Origin: Ginglymostoma cirratum
Taxonomy: Eukaryota
Length of the DNA stretch: 64,000 nucleotides
Reading direction: 5' to 3'
Assembly (NCBI GenBank): GCA_024137785.1
Contig: JAHRHZ010000066.1
Coordinates: forward strand, 1,410,491 to 1,474,490
Shown here: one piece after another, positions 62,601-64,000 of the stretch
Position numbering within the stretch: position 1 is the first letter of the stretch
Layout of the letters: every line of letters begins with the position of its first letter
Notes under the pieces: generated by a model
Databases searched by the model: none
Told to the model about the DNA's origin: nothing
The model's input: only the letters and a program-made list of their open reading frames with translations
Made by a program: the position numbers and the translations under genes

Positions 62601-64000
62601 CTGGTATTTTTAAGTCTCTGCTACCGGCAATAAGATAAATTGAATGTCTTGCTGTCTTGAGACCACCTTCAAATGAATAAATAGTGAATAAAGAAGTAGA
62701 GCAAAAAAAGACAGGTGAACAGAAATAAAAGGTCCTGAATGTTATTTCCTGAGTTTATAAACTGGAATTCTTGATCTAAAGCTAGAAGAAAATCAACATG
62801 GGGACAAACTTGCCTTTGATAGTGTTTAAGAAATGCTTGCCTTTTACTGGATGAGGAAATGATCACATGTCCACTTTGATATCCTATTACAAACCTTTTT
62901 GAAGTCAAAGCCTTGTAATTCTTTGCCTTTTCAGAAAGGTTCAAGTGGCAGCAATGTTGCTTGCCAGGGAGGTTAGACTACTTAGTCAGTGTACAGCTGC
63001 CAACCAGCCCACATGGTCTGGTGCTTACTGAGAACTTATCTACAACTACACTTCTCTCTCTGCTATAAACTTCAAGACTCCACCTGTACATCAACTATAT
63101 ACAACTCTCAGGGACATTTTAGGGTTTGCTGTCTCCTAATAATTCAAAATCTACTGCTCCCAGAAATTTGAACTACCCAATTATTCGAATTAAGCAACAC
63201 TGCAATGTGGAAATTCAGCTTTAAACAGTTTAAGCATCAGATAATTTCAATTAACTGACTGGCATCAAGCGGAACATGGTTATCAAAACAAAATCATGTT
63301 TGAACAGGGTTCTAAATGTTATTATTTGGTGAGAGATGCACATTAATGTAGACCAAACTAGGAGCCATGTTAATCTAAAATGAGCAAGGATTGCTAAGAA
63401 TGGGGTACCAAGCAATCTGGCAGCATCAACACTGATGATGGTCTTTGAAGTTTCTCAAACAAGATATGGACAAATGAATCAGCTTGTATAAAAAGTAGGA
63501 TCCAGCAGCACGGCCCACTGTTTGAACTTTCATCATGTCCCTTCTCCCAGTTTGGTGAGAGGTCTAAAGAGGAAGATTCACCCAGGGGAAATAAAATATA
63601 TGTTTCTACTCAACACAGCTCATGTAGGTCAAACAAAAGGGACACTGTAACTAGCAAACAAAAAAAGATCAGAGGCTGCGCCCGAGATCAGTGTTGCCTC
63701 GTTTAAAGAACTGTCTGGGGCAAGCGTTTCTATTACTGTGCAATAAAGTGGACAAAATACCCAGGTCCTTCTAATTCATTGAATTTATGCTGCATGTTAC
63801 AGGACTTTTTAAAATGTGAAACATTTCCTTTCTGTGTCTGAAACTCTCATTGAACTTGTTGTTTAACGCGCTGCTCCTGACCAGCAGTGCTTGATATTGT
63901 AAAGATGTGGATGGCTGTCAGTATTGTCAGTTATGCCCTCTCTGCGAGGATTGCCCTGATTTGTAACTGTGCTGTAGAGCTGATTGTGCTGGTTTATGTG

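Noticed and set aside
46500-64000. Neighbouring gene exons on either strand (e.g. BUD23, adjacent to STX1A in human)
   Set aside because: No recognisable coding exon seen; the short ORFs here lack homology or lie in repeats. Small exons could have been missed.

Overview
Vertebrate genomic DNA, AT-rich and repeat-dense. The repeat content (abundant CR1 LINEs, HE1-like and Deu-domain SINEs, Penelope-type hairpin elements) points to a cartilaginous fish; this is an inference. The only recognisable gene is the 3' half of syntaxin-1A (STX1A) on the + strand, with its 5' exons outside the window. Main result: the locus carries two pairs of duplicated alternative exons. Two 111-nt phase-0 exons 76 nt apart each encode the C-terminal half of the SNARE motif (18390-18500, STX2/STX3A-like; 18577-18687, canonical STX1). 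Two alternative last exons each encode a transmembrane anchor (30000-30077, STX2-like; 37159-37239, canonical STX1A). The 18390 and 30000 exons are absent from the ORF track in their coding frames. Splice-site geometry and RBFOX/NOVA/PTB-type motifs suggest a neuronal versus non-neuronal switch, analogous to STX3A/3B but not something I know for mammalian STX1A. Secondary result: several short palindromic Penelope-like insertions with 13-14 bp target-site duplications and minimal hammerhead-ribozyme cores. Repeat boundaries are approximate; comparisons to known proteins and repeat families are from memory.
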